From contig OZ240211.1 in the NCBI GenBank assembly GCA_965197525.1, positions 1,120,001 to 1,184,000 of the forward strand: a stretch of 64,000 bases of DNA, given 5' to 3'. Positions 39,974 to 52,700 of the stretch are shown here, in pieces. Each line of letters starts with the position of its first letter. Position 1 is the first letter of the stretch. The DNA comes from Nitrosopumilus sp. Lineage in GTDB: Archaea; Thermoproteota; Nitrososphaeria; Nitrososphaerales; Nitrosopumilaceae. A program made the position numbers and the translations under genes. Under the pieces are notes generated by a model. It had not been told where the DNA came from. It searched no databases and worked only from the letters and a program-made list of their open reading frames with translations.

Positions 39974-40954
39974 ATGAAATGTCATAGATGCAGCAGTCAA
40001 GCAGCAGTATACACTAGGAAATACTCTGGGGAGTCATTGTGTTCTGCATGCTTTACAAAATCCATTGCAAAAAAGACTGCAAAGACCATATCAAAGTACA
40101 ACATGATAAAACACGATGACTTGGTTGCAGTTGCAGTTTCTGGAGGTAAGGACTCGCTGGTGCTGTTAACAGTGATCAACGAGATGGCAAAGAACCATCA
40201 CTTTGACATTATGGCAATTACGATTGACGAAGGTATACCGGGATACAGAGACGAAGCATTACACATAGTAGAAGAGTTTTGCAAGAAACTGAATGTAAAA
40301 CACAAGGTGTATTCATACAAGGACCTCTTTGAGATGACGCTAGATGAGGCATTAGACATCAGAGACGGACAGAAAAATACCATCACTATAAACGCAAAAG
40401 ACGGCGCAAGTGTATCTCCTCTGGCTAGAACGAGTACCACATCGTCCTGTTCCATATGCGGAACACTAAGACGGCGCGCAATAGACCATGCAGCAAGAGA
40501 CAACAATGCAAACGTCATTGCAACGGGACATAATCTAGATGATACGCTACAGACATTTGTAATTAATATGCTCTCAGGTGATACCACAAAGATAGGATGG
40601 ATGGACCCTGACACGTCTGCAAACACGATTAGAAAGATAAAGCCGTTCTGCGAGATATACGAGTCAGAGATTGTATTTTACGCATTTACAAACGACATAC
40701 CGTTCCAGTCAGAACCGTGTCCCCACATGAACGAGGGGATTAGGACTGAGATTCGTGAATTTCTAAATTCATTAGAGACAAAGCATACAGGAATAAAGAA
40801 CAGCTTTTATCAATCAGTGCTAAAGGTATCTGACTCTGTAAAAAAGGACAATAAAGATATAAAAACAAAGAGAAGATGCCAGAACTGCGGCAGCGAGTCC
40901 ACAGGCAAAACGTGCTCTGTATGCAACACGCTACTACAACTAAAAAAGAACTAA
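39974..40954 (+). CDS. tRNA 2-thiolation protein TtuA/Ncs6 (TIGR00269-like)
   Basis: N- and C-terminal Zn fingers, PP-loop SGGKDS, CSICGTLRR and GHNLDD. Confidence 0.9.
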   Translation: MKCHRCSSQAAVYTRKYSGESLCSACFTKSIAKKTAKTISKYNMIKHDDLVAVAVSGGKDSLVLLTVINEMAKNHHFDIMAITIDEGIPGYRDEALHIVEEFCKKLNVKHKVYSYKDLFEMTLDEALDIRDGQKNTITINAKDGASVSPLARTSTTSSCSICGTLRRRAIDHAARDNNANVIATGHNLDDTLQTFVINMLSGDTTKIGWMDPDTSANTIRKIKPFCEIYESEIVFYAFTNDIPFQSEPCPHMNEGIRTEIREFLNSLETKHTGIKNSFYQSVLKVSDSVKKDNKDIKTKRRCQNCGSESTGKTCSVCNTLLQLKKN

Positions 40955-40994
40955 AACCTAATGCAAATATAACAGATTTTTTCTACATACTATG

Positions 40995-41308
40995 GTAGTA
41001 GGTAGGATCAGGGTGCCAGCCGTGCCCTATTCTGAAACCGGCTATATGCAGAGATCAGCAACTGTTGGGTAAATCTCTAGATTGGTAATTCCCGCTTGGT
41101 GTGCGGAAATGAAATCACGCCGAGGCGGGTGGTTGCAAATCAAGAAATATCCGAAGGGATAGCTTCTAAGATTGAACCATTGAAAGTGATGAGGTCCGGG
41201 AGGGAGCAGTCATAAGGTGGGGCATCCACGCTTCCTCGTCTACGTGGCGGATCTTGTATGCCTTGAAAAGGGGCTATCAGCCTAGAGTGGAGCCAATGGA
41301 ACTACTAC
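40995..41308 (+). ncRNA. Archaeal signal recognition particle (SRP, 7S) RNA
   Basis: Helix 8 motif aggtccgggagggagcag, helix 6 tatccgaagggata, and terminal pairing gtagtag/ctactac. About 314 nt; ends approximate. Confidence 0.85.
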
Positions 41309-41396
41309 TATATCATATCATCTGTTTATTGTTATTATTATTGCTGTTGTTGTTGTTTGTATTACTATTTTTATAGACTATACCATAACAACATAC

Positions 41397-41723
41397 ATGA
41401 TAATCGCATCCTCGTCGGGAAACATGAGAACGTATCAAGATTTTAAAAGACATATTCCTAATGCGGTAAAACCACTGTTTGAGGATATACGGGACTATTG
41501 TCTTGCACTTGATGACAAGGTAGTCGAGAATGTCAGAATGCACAGAATCGTATTTTGCAAATCAATTACATTCAGATGGTTTCTAGATGTAGAACCGCAG
41601 CCAGACTGTGTCATCTTGAAGATTCAAAGGGACAGAAAAGAACCGATACAGACTGTCAGTATCAACAAGACGACACCAGACGTATTGCGCCAGATAAAAC
41701 AGGCGTTTAACTCTATACACTAG
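41397..41723 (+). CDS. DUF5655-like hypothetical protein
   Basis: LFEDIRDYCLAL...IKQAFN pattern. Confidence 0.65.
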   Translation: MIIASSSGNMRTYQDFKRHIPNAVKPLFEDIRDYCLALDDKVVENVRMHRIVFCKSITFRWFLDVEPQPDCVILKIQRDRKEPIQTVSINKTTPDVLRQIKQAFNSIH

Positions 41724-42016
41724 TACGTAATTACAAAATCAGTATACACAAAGTCATCCGTGCATGGTACAACCTTGACATCATCTACTCGAGAACCTGC
41801 AGGTCCATGATGTGCCCACTCCACTACGGCATCGACGCTTGACTCGTCGCCTTGCAACAAGGCCTCAACTCTGCCGTCTGGAAGATTCTTCACCCATCCA
41901 AATATGCTGTGTCTCTCTGCAGTATTCTTCAGATTCAAACGAAAGTATACACCTTGAACCTTGCCAGTTACAAACACGTTAACACATTTTTTGGACATGA
42001 TAACAAAACAAGGCAA
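41720..42016 (-). CDS. acyP: Acylphosphatase
   Basis: VTGKVQGVYFR and GWVKNLPDGRVEA. Confidence 0.93.
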   Translation of the reverse strand: MPCFVIMSKKCVNVFVTGKVQGVYFRLNLKNTAERHSIFGWVKNLPDGRVEALLQGDESSVDAVVEWAHHGPAGSRVDDVKVVPCTDDFVYTDFVITY

Positions 42017-42044
42017 CTACTAGTTTATGAATTTTAATGGGTTG

Positions 42045-42779
42045 TTACCGTCTCTCTTTGATTCTGGCACGACCGGTCTTTCTTGCAGCAATGCTGCCTA
42101 CCTTTGCGCCAGGTGGTGCATCCCTTGATACTGTGGAGCTCTGTCCTACGTGCTGGTGTCTGCCACCACCGTGTGGATGAACATATGCTGCCTGTGCTAC
42201 ACCACGGACTATAGGGTACTTTTTGCCCTTTGCCTTGAAACTGCGCCATTTGTTGCCTGCGCTCATAAAGTGACGTTCTGATGCGCCGCCGCCTGCCAGA
42301 GTCCCTATCATTGCCCTATTCTTTGGATTCAGCGTAGTAAACTTGCCTGAAGGTAGTTTTACAGTTACACCATCATCGCCGTGTGAGAATATGGTGGCGT
42401 TTGTACCAGCTGACTTTACTATTGCGCCGCCATCACCGAAGTGTTTTTCGATGTTGCACACGATTGTGCCGTCAGGAATGTTTTGAACGCTGATGACGTT
42501 ACCCTGTTCAATCTTTGATTTTAATCCAAAATGTAACGATTGGCCAACCGTAGTTCCCAAAACTGCAGGGACATAAGAGACAGAACCGTCCTCAAATCTT
42601 ACTTTGGCTAGCGGTGCTTCCCTACCTCGCTCATGCACTAGATCGATTATTTCGCCTGCACGCTGCTCAGAGAGTGCAAATCGTGGATAATTGGCTTGTG
42701 AGCCTACTTTACCAGTAGATGTTGATCTAAACTGATTGCCTCCACGGCCACGTCTTCGAACTAGCGGTCTCTTACCCAA
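42045..42779 (-). CDS. rpl2: 50S ribosomal protein L2 (uL2)
   Basis: GKRPLVRRRGRGG...HPHGGGRH...ARKTGR. The true start is TTG at 42779; the ORF-track N-terminal extension is spurious. Confidence 0.97.
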   Translation of the reverse strand: MGKRPLVRRRGRGGNQFRSTSTGKVGSQANYPRFALSEQRAGEIIDLVHERGREAPLAKVRFEDGSVSYVPAVLGTTVGQSLHFGLKSKIEQGNVISVQNIPDGTIVCNIEKHFGDGGAIVKSAGTNATIFSHGDDGVTVKLPSGKFTTLNPKNRAMIGTLAGGGASERHFMSAGNKWRSFKAKGKKYPIVRGVAQAAYVHPHGGGRHQHVGQSSTVSRDAPPGAKVGSIAARKTGRARIKERR

Positions 42780-43239
42780 GTTAGTAGTTTTGTAAAAGAC
42801 AGAGAATTTTAAGCTTGTGATACTAACTAACACTGCTACAGATATAGAAGATAGATGAATGCCGGTAAATGGTAAGTGAGCCCAAAGACTGCAAAAGATA
42901 CAGAGGCATGCATAAGAGATGTCAGTAGAAGAATAGTAACAAGAATGGATAATGACGATGATATGCCAGTGAGTAACGCAGAATACAGGATTTGATGCTA
43001 TCACGCCTGAGTGTCATTAATCATCATCGTTACCATCATCGTTAAAATAACAACTGATAACAGACACGCCTGTGTGTGTGCGAGCTAGTCAATAATGTCG
43101 AGATAAACAAACCATCCACGCATGCCGACTGCCACACCAGCTATTTACTGCGATAATTTTGTAAAATATCGACTGTAGGCGTGCAACACATCACAAGATT
43201 GCTACAAAGATATAAAAATTAGACACTGCATGATGTAGT

Positions 43240-45429
43240 ATGAGTCAAAGCGCTTTATCACTAAAAGTATTAGAAGCATACACAAGAGACGTAGGCAGAG
43301 GTGTAGCAAGAATTGATTATGATTCCATGGATACGCTAAATGCGTCAACTGGCGATGTAATTGAGATTAAAGGTAAGCGTAGAACAGTAGCTAAATGTCT
43401 TCCATTATACCCATCAGACGAGGGTAAAGGAATTATCAGAATAGACGGACTGGGTAGAAACAACTCGGGTATTGCAATAGGGGATACCATATCTGTCAGA
43501 AAGATAAAGGCAGCAGCAGCAGAAAAGGTAGTTGTTGCACCACTAGAGGCAATTCCTCCAATTGATGAAAGATATCTAGCTGATGCACTAGAGAGTGTTC
43601 CATTAATCAAAGGTGATAACGTAATGGTCCCATACTTTGGCGGACGTCTCACATTCCAGGTAATAGGTGTAACACCGGCAGCTGATGCAGTACTAGTTAC
43701 GCAAAAAACTGTATTCCACATTGCAGAGAAGGGTGAGACGCTGCGAGGAGTTCCTCAAGTGACATACGAGGATATTGGAGGAATATCAAATGAGATTAAA
43801 AAGGTAAGAGAGATGATAGAGCTGCCATTAAGACATCCAGAGATATTTGAGAAACTGGGTATTGAGGCGCCAAAAGGTGTATTGCTGTATGGTCCGCCAG
43901 GAACAGGCAAGACGTTGCTAGCTAAAGCCGTTGCAAACGAGAGCAATGCGCATTTTATCAGCATATCGGGTCCTGAGATTATGAGCAAGTTTTATGGTGA
44001 GAGTGAGGCAAGACTGCGTGAGATATTCAAAGAAGCCAGAGAAAAGGCACCATCAATAATATTTGTAGACGAGATCGACTCCATTGCGCCAAAACGAGAA
44101 GAGGTTACAGGAGAGGTCGAACGCCGTGTGGTCTCGCAGATGCTATCACTGATGGATGGTCTAGAGGCAAGAGGCAAAGTCATCGTCATATCTGCAACGA
44201 ACCGACCAAACGCAATAGACCCCGCACTAAGAAGACCAGGACGATTTGACAGAGAGATAGAGATCAAGGTACCTGACAAGAAAGGAAGAAAGGACATCCT
44301 GGCAATACACAGCAGGAACATGCCATTATCTGAAGATGTAAATATAGACAAGATATCAGCAGTAAGCCACGGATACGTCGGGGCGGATTTAGAGTATCTA
44401 TGTAAAGAGGCGGCAATGAAGTGTCTGAGAAGGCTGTTACCAGTATTGAATCTAGAAGAAGAGAAACTGCCACCAGAAACCCTAGACAAACTGATTGTAA
44501 ATCACGATGACTTTCAAAAGGCACTCATAGAGGTGACGCCATCTGGAATGAGAGAGGTGTTCATCGAAAACCCAGATGTGAAATGGGAAGATGTTGGAGG
44601 CCTAGAGGAGGTAAAAAGAGAGCTGCAAGAGGCAGTGGAGTGGCCAATGAAATACCCTGGCCTGTATGATAAACTGGGACACAATATGCCCAGAGGAATT
44701 TTGTTGCACGGACCTAGCGGTACGGGTAAGACGTTACTAGCAAAGGCTGTTGCCACCCAAAGTGAGGCAAACTTTGTATCAGTCAGAGGTCCTGAACTGC
44801 TATCAAAATGGGTCGGTGAGTCAGAGAGAGGCATCAGGGAGATATTCAAACGAGCACGCCAATCAGCACCATGTGTGGTATTCTTCGATGAGATCGACTC
44901 TATTGCGCCAGTTAGGGGTGCAGGTGGAGAGACTGCAGTTACTGAGCGTGTGGTATCACAACTACTAACTGAACTTGACGGAATGGAGAACATGCACGGT
45001 GTTATTGTGCTTGCAGCAACGAACAGGGCAGATATGATTGACCCTGCATTGTTACGACCAGGAAGATTTGACAAGATTATACAGATTCCACTGCCTGACA
45101 AAGAGAGCAGAAAGAGTATCGTCAAGATTAACGCTGAGAAGATACCAACAGTGACTGATGAGAGTGATCCAATGTGCGTCAATCTTGACAAGATTGCCGA
45201 ACTAACTGACGGATTGAGTGGTGCCGATACTGCATCAATTGCAAATACGGCAGTGTCGTTGGTCATTCACGAATTTTTGGACTCGCACCCTGATGTCAAG
45301 GATATAGAGAAGAAGAACAAAGATGAGGTAAAGGTGACTATGAAGCACTTTGAGGAAGCAGTCAAAAAGGTACGTGAGCAAAAGGACTTGAAACTAGGCG
45401 AGAAACTAGTAGCATCGTATTACAGATAG
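43240..45429 (+). CDS. cdc48: CDC48/VCP-family AAA+ ATPase
   Basis: N domain plus two AAA modules (GPPGTGKT and GPSGTGKT). Confidence 0.97.
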   Translation: MSQSALSLKVLEAYTRDVGRGVARIDYDSMDTLNASTGDVIEIKGKRRTVAKCLPLYPSDEGKGIIRIDGLGRNNSGIAIGDTISVRKIKAAAAEKVVVAPLEAIPPIDERYLADALESVPLIKGDNVMVPYFGGRLTFQVIGVTPAADAVLVTQKTVFHIAEKGETLRGVPQVTYEDIGGISNEIKKVREMIELPLRHPEIFEKLGIEAPKGVLLYGPPGTGKTLLAKAVANESNAHFISISGPEIMSKFYGESEARLREIFKEAREKAPSIIFVDEIDSIAPKREEVTGEVERRVVSQMLSLMDGLEARGKVIVISATNRPNAIDPALRRPGRFDREIEIKVPDKKGRKDILAIHSRNMPLSEDVNIDKISAVSHGYVGADLEYLCKEAAMKCLRRLLPVLNLEEEKLPPETLDKLIVNHDDFQKALIEVTPSGMREVFIENPDVKWEDVGGLEEVKRELQEAVEWPMKYPGLYDKLGHNMPRGILLHGPSGTGKTLLAKAVATQSEANFVSVRGPELLSKWVGESERGIREIFKRARQSAPCVVFFDEIDSIAPVRGAGGETAVTERVVSQLLTELDGMENMHGVIVLAATNRADMIDPALLRPGRFDKIIQIPLPDKESRKSIVKINAEKIPTVTDESDPMCVNLDKIAELTDGLSGADTASIANTAVSLVIHEFLDSHPDVKDIEKKNKDEVKVTMKHFEEAVKKVREQKDLKLGEKLVASYYR

Positions 45430-45456
45430 TTAATTAAATGATATATCATACAGAGA

Positions 45457-46821
45457 TTGATGTCAGATACTGACAATAATAACAATATTGCAGGGTATAC
45501 AGGAAGAACTTTAACATTTTTGAGGGAGAATAACGTTGCAGTAAATGATACTGTGACGGTTACGGTAGATGGTGATGATGGGGATAATGATGAAAAGATA
45601 CAGGCAACAATCATGCCGCGATACGAGTATTGTGACGATAGACACATCACAGTGAAACTAAAGAGTGGGTACAATGTTGGTTTGCCAATTGATACAATCA
45701 GGGACATCTCTAGAATAAAGTTAGATGATGATGATGATGCCAAAAAAATAATAAAAAAGGACAATAAAACAAAAGACAGGTCAGACTTGCCCAAAGTTCT
45801 GCTGCTGACTACCGGAGGTACCATTGCAAGCAAGGTCGATTACAGAACAGGGGCTGTGATACCAGTACTGACTGCAGACGAGCTGATAGAATCGGTTCCC
45901 GAGTTGTCAGACATTGCAGACATCCACTCACAGGTGCTGTTCTCTGAGTATTCAGAGAACATCTTGCCAAAACATTGGTTGAATATTGCACATTCGATAT
46001 CCGAAGAGGATACAAATTATTATACGGGGATTGTTATTGCGCATGGAACTGACACCATGCATTACACATCGTCGTTTCTTAGCTTTGCACTGGCAGGCTA
46101 TCCCATACCAATAGCGTTGGTGGGAGCACAGAGATCATCTGACAGAGCATCATCAGATGCCGCGCTGAATTTGGTTGGCGCAGTAAAGTTTGTAGTGGAG
46201 AATAATACAAGAGGAGTGTATGTTGTAATGCACAAGGACAGCAACGACGGCGTGATTGCGTGTCATGCAGGTACGCGGGTAAGAAAGAACCACACCAGCA
46301 AGAGGGGGGCATTTGAGACAGTTGGCAGCAAGCCTGCATACCTGGTAGATATAAAATATGAGGATAATAATGATATAGCCATTCACAAGAATGCGCAAAA
46401 AGATTTTTTTGCAGGTACAGAATACCTGCCGAAGATAAAACTAGATGAGAATGTAGCGTTGATAAAGTATTATCCTGGGTACAAGCCAGAGATGTTACAG
46501 TCCGTTATCGATTCAGGATGCAAGGCAATAATCTTTGAGGGTACAGGACTGGGACATATCGGCAAGAACATGTATGATACTGTGGCAAATGCACAAAAGC
46601 AGGGCGTGTTTATGGGGATGACGTCCCAATGTATAGACGGCAAAGTAAGAATGACAGTGTATGAGAGCGGTCGTGACTTGCTGAGTTTGGGTGTGGTACC
46701 GCTAGGTAGTATGCTGCCTGAGACGGCGTTGGTAAAGGCAATGTGGGCTGCAGGTAACGTCAATAGCACAAAAGAGATACAGGATACGATGCTAAAGGAG
46801 ATAGCATCAGAGTTTTCATGA
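45457..46821 (+). CDS. gatD: Glu-tRNA(Gln) amidotransferase subunit D
   Basis: TGGTIAS and HGTDT asparaginase-like motifs; adjacent to gatE. Confidence 0.96.
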   Translation: MMSDTDNNNNIAGYTGRTLTFLRENNVAVNDTVTVTVDGDDGDNDEKIQATIMPRYEYCDDRHITVKLKSGYNVGLPIDTIRDISRIKLDDDDDAKKIIKKDNKTKDRSDLPKVLLLTTGGTIASKVDYRTGAVIPVLTADELIESVPELSDIADIHSQVLFSEYSENILPKHWLNIAHSISEEDTNYYTGIVIAHGTDTMHYTSSFLSFALAGYPIPIALVGAQRSSDRASSDAALNLVGAVKFVVENNTRGVYVVMHKDSNDGVIACHAGTRVRKNHTSKRGAFETVGSKPAYLVDIKYEDNNDIAIHKNAQKDFFAGTEYLPKIKLDENVALIKYYPGYKPEMLQSVIDSGCKAIIFEGTGLGHIGKNMYDTVANAQKQGVFMGMTSQCIDGKVRMTVYESGRDLLSLGVVPLGSMLPETALVKAMWAAGNVNSTKEIQDTMLKEIASEFS

Positions 46822-46851
46822 GTAGTATAGAGGTAGGATGCGGGAATAATA

Positions 46852-48789
46852 ATGAACGAGTTTTCAATCAAGGATGCAAAAGTCAAGGTGGGACTAGAGA
46901 TTCACCAGCAGCTGGATACTGGGAAAAAACTGTTTTGTGACTGCGCATCTGCAGAATCTGCCGGATACACGACAGAGTTTGAGAGAAAACTGCGGGTATC
47001 GAGGGGCGAGCAGGGGACGTTTGATGCTGCCGTACTCTTTGAGAGTGCAAAGTCAAAGAGTGTAAAATACTATGCTGATGATGCTACCAGCTGTCTTGTG
47101 GAGCAGGATGAGGCACCGCCTGACGAGCTTGATGCAGATGCAAAACGCATTGCATTGACAGTATGTGCTTCACTGCACTCAAATGTGTATACAGAGATAT
47201 ACCCCATGAGAAAGACGGTGATTGACGGTTCTAACACTACCGGTTTTCAGAGGACCATGGTGGTATCGCGCGGCGGGTTTTTTGATGTTGGTGCAGATAA
47301 GAGGATTGGAATACAATCAATATGTCTAGAAGAGGATGCAGCAAAGATACTAGGAGACAAGGGATCAGTAAGGGAGTACGGGCTGGAGCGTCTGGGCGTA
47401 CCTCTAGTAGAGATTGCAACTGACCCATTTGAGATGAGAGATACACGCGAGATAAAGGATATTGCGTTGAGTTTGGGGTGGATACTGCGCAGTACAAAAA
47501 AAGTAAAGAGGGGCCTGGGCACGATCAGGCAGGATGTCAATGTATCTGTAAAGGACGGTAACGGAGTAGTCATCGAGGTCAAGGGCGTACAGCAATTAGA
47601 ACAGTTGGAGAAAGTAGTGGAATACGAGGCAAAGAGACAGCAGGGACTAGTAGAGATATCAAAGAAGATCAAAGGTGCCGGCTGGCAGCATACAAATGAT
47701 TCAAAGAGAGATGTTACGGGGCTGTTTGCAGACTGTCAGTCAAAGATTATTCAAAAGGCCATCAAGGCAGGACACGCGGTGACTGCCATCGTGTTTAGAG
47801 GGATGTCAGGGCTGTTTGGATATACGCCGTATGAGGGCATACGATTAGGAAGAGAGATAGCAGAACTGGTAAGATTCTTTGGCATAGGAGGGGTATTCCA
47901 TTCAGATGAAGAGTTGATAGGCTATGGGATAACCAGAGACGAGCTGGACGAGTTGGCAAAGATGTTTGGTATGAGTAAAGATGATGACGCGTTTTTGATT
48001 CTAGCAGCGCCAAAAGACAAGATAGACGTGGTTGTACAGCAGATAGTATCAAGAGTAGAGTACATCAGAGATAACGGCATACCGATTGATACGCGACTTG
48101 CAACAATGTCAGGTGAGACAAAATTTTTGAGACCCCGCCCCGGGGATGCTAGGATGTATCCAGAGACTGACATACCGGTGGTATCAGTCACAGAAGAAGA
48201 GTGGGATGCTGCAGTGAATAGCATTCCAAAGAGTTGGGACGAGTCAATCAAAGAGGTGCAGACAAAGTATGATATCAACGCGCAGCTAGCAGAACAGCTG
48301 TTTGACTCGCGTTATATGGAGTTGTTTGAAAAGATAGTAAACGCAGATGGAGGAGGAGGAGCAAAAGAGACCAGTCCTACGTTTGTAGCCTCTATGCTGT
48401 GCTCTACCATTACAAGCTTGGAGAGGAGTGGATTGGATTCTAGATTACTAAAAGATGATGACATAGTAAGGGTTTTTGAGTTGCTAGACAAAAGAGAGAT
48501 AGCAAAAGAGTCAGTGGAAGTGCTCTTTGAGGGGATGATGTCTGCCAAGATAAAGAGTGTTGATGAGGCATTAAGACAGGGTCTGGTCCAAGTGGTAAAT
48601 GACGATGAACTAGTGAAGATTATCAAGGGAATAATAAAGAATAACGAATCACTTGTAAAAAATCAGAGAGAGCGGGCAGTAAAGCCGTTGATGGGTATTG
48701 CGATGAAGGAGTTGAGAGGCAAGGCGTCAGGAGAGGCTGTAAACAAGATGTTGTTAGATGGCATCAAAGAAGCATTGAGAAATAGCTAG
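46852..48789 (+). CDS. gatE: Glu-tRNA(Gln) amidotransferase subunit E
   Basis: GLEIHQQL, DGSNTTGFQRT, GTIRQDVNVS and RPGDARMYPETD. Confidence 0.97.
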   Translation: MNEFSIKDAKVKVGLEIHQQLDTGKKLFCDCASAESAGYTTEFERKLRVSRGEQGTFDAAVLFESAKSKSVKYYADDATSCLVEQDEAPPDELDADAKRIALTVCASLHSNVYTEIYPMRKTVIDGSNTTGFQRTMVVSRGGFFDVGADKRIGIQSICLEEDAAKILGDKGSVREYGLERLGVPLVEIATDPFEMRDTREIKDIALSLGWILRSTKKVKRGLGTIRQDVNVSVKDGNGVVIEVKGVQQLEQLEKVVEYEAKRQQGLVEISKKIKGAGWQHTNDSKRDVTGLFADCQSKIIQKAIKAGHAVTAIVFRGMSGLFGYTPYEGIRLGREIAELVRFFGIGGVFHSDEELIGYGITRDELDELAKMFGMSKDDDAFLILAAPKDKIDVVVQQIVSRVEYIRDNGIPIDTRLATMSGETKFLRPRPGDARMYPETDIPVVSVTEEEWDAAVNSIPKSWDESIKEVQTKYDINAQLAEQLFDSRYMELFEKIVNADGGGGAKETSPTFVASMLCSTITSLERSGLDSRLLKDDDIVRVFELLDKREIAKESVEVLFEGMMSAKIKSVDEALRQGLVQVVNDDELVKIIKGIIKNNESLVKNQRERAVKPLMGIAMKELRGKASGEAVNKMLLDGIKEALRNS

Positions 48790-48865
48790 AGTAAAAATTA
48801 GAGAACTGCCTACATGTTTAGCATTTAAGATGTGCTGATAACATAATACCTAGAGACTATATAAA

Positions 48866-49708
48866 ATGGGCATTGTAGTGCAGTGTCTAAAATGTATAAT
48901 GGATAAGAAGATTATGAAGGATAAAAGATTAATTAAATATTCGTGCAAGAATACCAATAGCTGTTGTGAAGGAATAACATTTGATGAAGTATTTACAAGA
49001 GATTATCTAAGAACTAGAGTAAGCGAAAAATATTATGATAAAAAAGGCACGCAAACACTAGAAAACAATTTTACCAGTATAAGTGATACGGGTTTTGCGC
49101 AAAAAATGTTCAAAGAAGATATGAGCATTAATCCCATGATCAAAGAATGGAGAATTGGTGAATGTATGGCTGAATGCTATTTGGAAGACTATCACAATGT
49201 GCGTTTTTATTATCAATCAAGCAGAGATGCAAAAAATCAGGAAGGAAATCAGCACGGTGCAGATATCGTAGGGTTTGCAGAGATAAATGACAAGACAGTT
49301 TTTGTTTTTGGAGAAGTAAAAACATCAGCAGATACCAATTCACCACCAGGTGTCATGTATGGTCACTTGGGAATGATCTGTCAAATGGAAAATATCATGG
49401 ATGATAATGAAGCAAGAAAGTCGCTAATCCGATGGCTGGCATTCAAAGTTCAGGATAAAAAAGAGAGTGACTCGTTTAGAAAAGATTTTGAATATGCATA
49501 TGAGAGTTATTACAAGTCCAAGCGCAGAAAAATAAAGTTGGCAGGCATTTTGATACGTGATACTAGTCCAAATCCCAAAGATTTGGCATCTGGATATGAA
49601 AAATTGATGAAAAAACTAAACTCAGAGATGTTTTTGCATCTGTCAGGAATTTATCTGCCAATCAAGATAATAAACATGAAAAAATACCTAAAGAAAGAAG
49701 ATAGATAA
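48866..49708 (+). CDS. hamA: Hachiman HamA-like PD-(D/E)xK nuclease
   Basis: IGECMAECYL...GADIVGF...FGEVKTS; its stop overlaps the helicase start at 49708. Confidence 0.7.
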   Translation: MGIVVQCLKCIMDKKIMKDKRLIKYSCKNTNSCCEGITFDEVFTRDYLRTRVSEKYYDKKGTQTLENNFTSISDTGFAQKMFKEDMSINPMIKEWRIGECMAECYLEDYHNVRFYYQSSRDAKNQEGNQHGADIVGFAEINDKTVFVFGEVKTSADTNSPPGVMYGHLGMICQMENIMDDNEARKSLIRWLAFKVQDKKESDSFRKDFEYAYESYYKSKRRKIKLAGILIRDTSPNPKDLASGYEKLMKKLNSEMFLHLSGIYLPIKIINMKKYLKKEDR

Positions 49709-52700
49709 TGGCCTCACAAGTTGAAATGATTAGTTTACTGGAGGGAAGGGATCAAAAAGCGATAAGCATAGTCAAACACATGAAAATAAACAAGGCAATT
49801 AATTTGGATTTTGCATCAGATACGAAATCACATACTCTGATTAATGATACAGTTGAAGTTTACGAGTTGGCTATAATAGAATTATGGAAATTTGCTTTTG
49901 ATAAATCAGCAGAGAACCATAAAAATAAAATGCTTTTTAACAGGTACTGTAAAGAATGCTTTCAGCTACTGCAAAGTCTCCCAATTCCTGATGAACCGAT
50001 TGAAAAGATCAAACATGTGCTAAAATTATTCACATATTCATATTTGGGAGAAAAGTGGGAAGATATGAGAAGAATATTAATAAAAGATGATACACTACAG
50101 GATTTGAAAAATATTTTGCCTGATTGGGATGCAAGATTATTTTCCACAATTTACCAAGCAATATTGCACTTGGTTAAAAAAGAGACATGGGAAGACTTGA
50201 GCAAGACGTCTGAGTTAATCATTCAACTACGAAATGAACAGAAACAATTCGAAGAGGCATACTTGAATGATCGACAGGATGAATTCAAATTAGGTGCTGC
50301 TTGTGAACTGGGATCATTGTATCATCTTGCTAAAAGTGTGGAACTGCTAGGAGAATACATGCGGAATGGAACCCCAAACCAAATTTTAGTCATGTTAGAT
50401 ATGAATTTTGATAAAGCAATAGAGTATAGTAGTCAAGGTAGACAAGTAGAATTAGAGATAATCTTGAGAATGCTGCAATTGACATTCAAAAAGATGGTTG
50501 AGAATTCAGTATGGTCTGTGGCAAAAAGAATTGATTCAAGGGCAAAGACGTTCGTAGAATCAATTACAACACAGTCTAAACCAATATTTGAGTTGATGTA
50601 TCCCCAAAGAATTGCAATTTTAGAGAAGGGATTGCTAGACCCGGCTAATAGAGCAGTTGTAGTCACACTACCAACATCAGGAGGTAAAACAATGATTGCA
50701 GAATTTAGAATCCTCCAAGCATTAAATCAATTTTCAGATCAGAGGATGTGGATCGCGTATGTAGTTCCCACACGTGCCTTAGTGAATCAAATTACCAACA
50801 GATTGAGGAGAGATTTAGGTCGTTTGCCACTTGGTATACGAGTTGAAAAGATGAGTGGTGCTATTGATACGGATATGTTTGAGGAATCCCTGATTAATGA
50901 GAACAATATGTTTGATATCCTAGTAGTCACGCCAGAAAAACTGAATTTATTGATACGGCAAGGCACTGAAAACGGATTCAATGATTCACTGGTTTTAGCA
51001 ATTATAGATGAGGCGCATAATATTGGAGATAAGAGCAGGGGATTGAATTTAGAGATGCTTGTATCTACAATCAAAAATGACTGCGAGAGAGCGAATTTGC
51101 TATTATTAACACCGTTCATACCTAACAGTGAAGAGTTATCCCAATGGCTTGATGCAGAGAATCCAAAATCAATCGGAATTGAATTTGATTGGAAGCCAAA
51201 TGATAGTTCCATAGGACTGTGTTATGCGACGGGGCATAGGCGTGATGTTACCACATACTATCAACCATTACTAGAACCGACAAATGAAGAGGCCTCCCAA
51301 GAGATAACACTTGAGAAGATGCCTGAATGTAAATTTCCCATAAGTAAAGTTAAAGGAACAAAATATCGTCTGGCGTCACTTGCTGCTAAAACGTTGACAA
51401 AGCGCGGAAATGTTTTGGTTCTAGGAGGCAAGATAAGTGTTACATGGAATATTGCAAAGACGCTTTCAGATATAATGCCAAAAGTAAAACCATTAGATGG
51501 TCGTGTAATACTTGTCCAAAAATTTATTTCAGCAGAACTAGGAAGAGATTTCCCTCTGATAGAATATCTGAATTACGGTATAGGGGTACACAATGCAGGA
51601 TTACCCGATGAGATTAAACAGTTAATGGAGTGGCTAATGGAAAATGATCTACTACGGGTACTAGTTGCGACTACAACCATAGCTCAGGGAATGAACTTTC
51701 CTGTATCCTCAATTTTACTTGCAACGTATTCGTATCCGTACACGAATATGCCCAAGCGTGATTTTATGAATTTGGTGGGTAGGGCAGGCAGAATAGATCA
51801 TGAGGGTATTGGAATAGTAGGAATATCAGTTGACGGCAAGGAAACAAAAGATGCGCAAAAAGCAGCAGAATTTGTCAAAAAGTCAGTTGAAGAGATTGTC
51901 TCGGTTTTAGCACAGCTAGTTAATGAATCAACTGAGAAAAACAATAGCTTAGATTTAAAAGCTCACTATCATCAACCAGAGTGGTCAAATTTTTTGGGTT
52001 ATCTAGCACATATGTATAATCAATCAAGGGATTTACAAGATTATATTTCTCGTATCGAAATTACATTGCGCAATACATATGGATATCTACAGTTAGAAGA
52101 TAGCAAAAAGACAGTTTTGTTAAAGGCCGTAACAAATTATGGAAAAGAATTAGATAAGAATCAAACAAATTCGTCGTTATCAGATCAGACAGGATTTTCG
52201 CCTGAAACCATACAGGCAACGATAGACAAAGTAAGAGATTTGAAAATAAAACAGGCGGACTGGGATAGTAGTAAACTGTTTTCAGGCCCCTCAAAAACTC
52301 TGACTAAATTAATGAAAGTCATGATGAACAATATTCCGGAAATCAAGGCGTCGTTATCAGGCATTAGAACAGAGACACAGATAGATGAATCACTACTTGG
52401 CAGTATCGTATCTGATTGGGTCTCTGGAAAAGAACTAGCTAAAATATCTAAAGAGTACTTTGGAGGGGCAGATGAGGATTCAATGAAGCGTTGCGTTACA
52501 GCAGTGTATAATAAAATATCAAACTTTACAACTTGGGGTCTATCCTCAATACAGAAGATATCCTCAGAGATAGAGTCAAGTGACGTATCTGAGGATGAAA
52601 AAACGAGGATGCGAAACCTGCCTGCAATGATCTATTATGGTGTTAATTCAGATGAGGCGATACTAATGCGAATGAACAATGTTCCACGAAGTATAGCAGA

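Noticed and set aside
42780-43004. N-terminal extension of ribosomal protein L2
   Set aside because: The archaeal L2 N-terminus (MGKR) begins at TTG 42779; the upstream in-frame sequence is intergenic.
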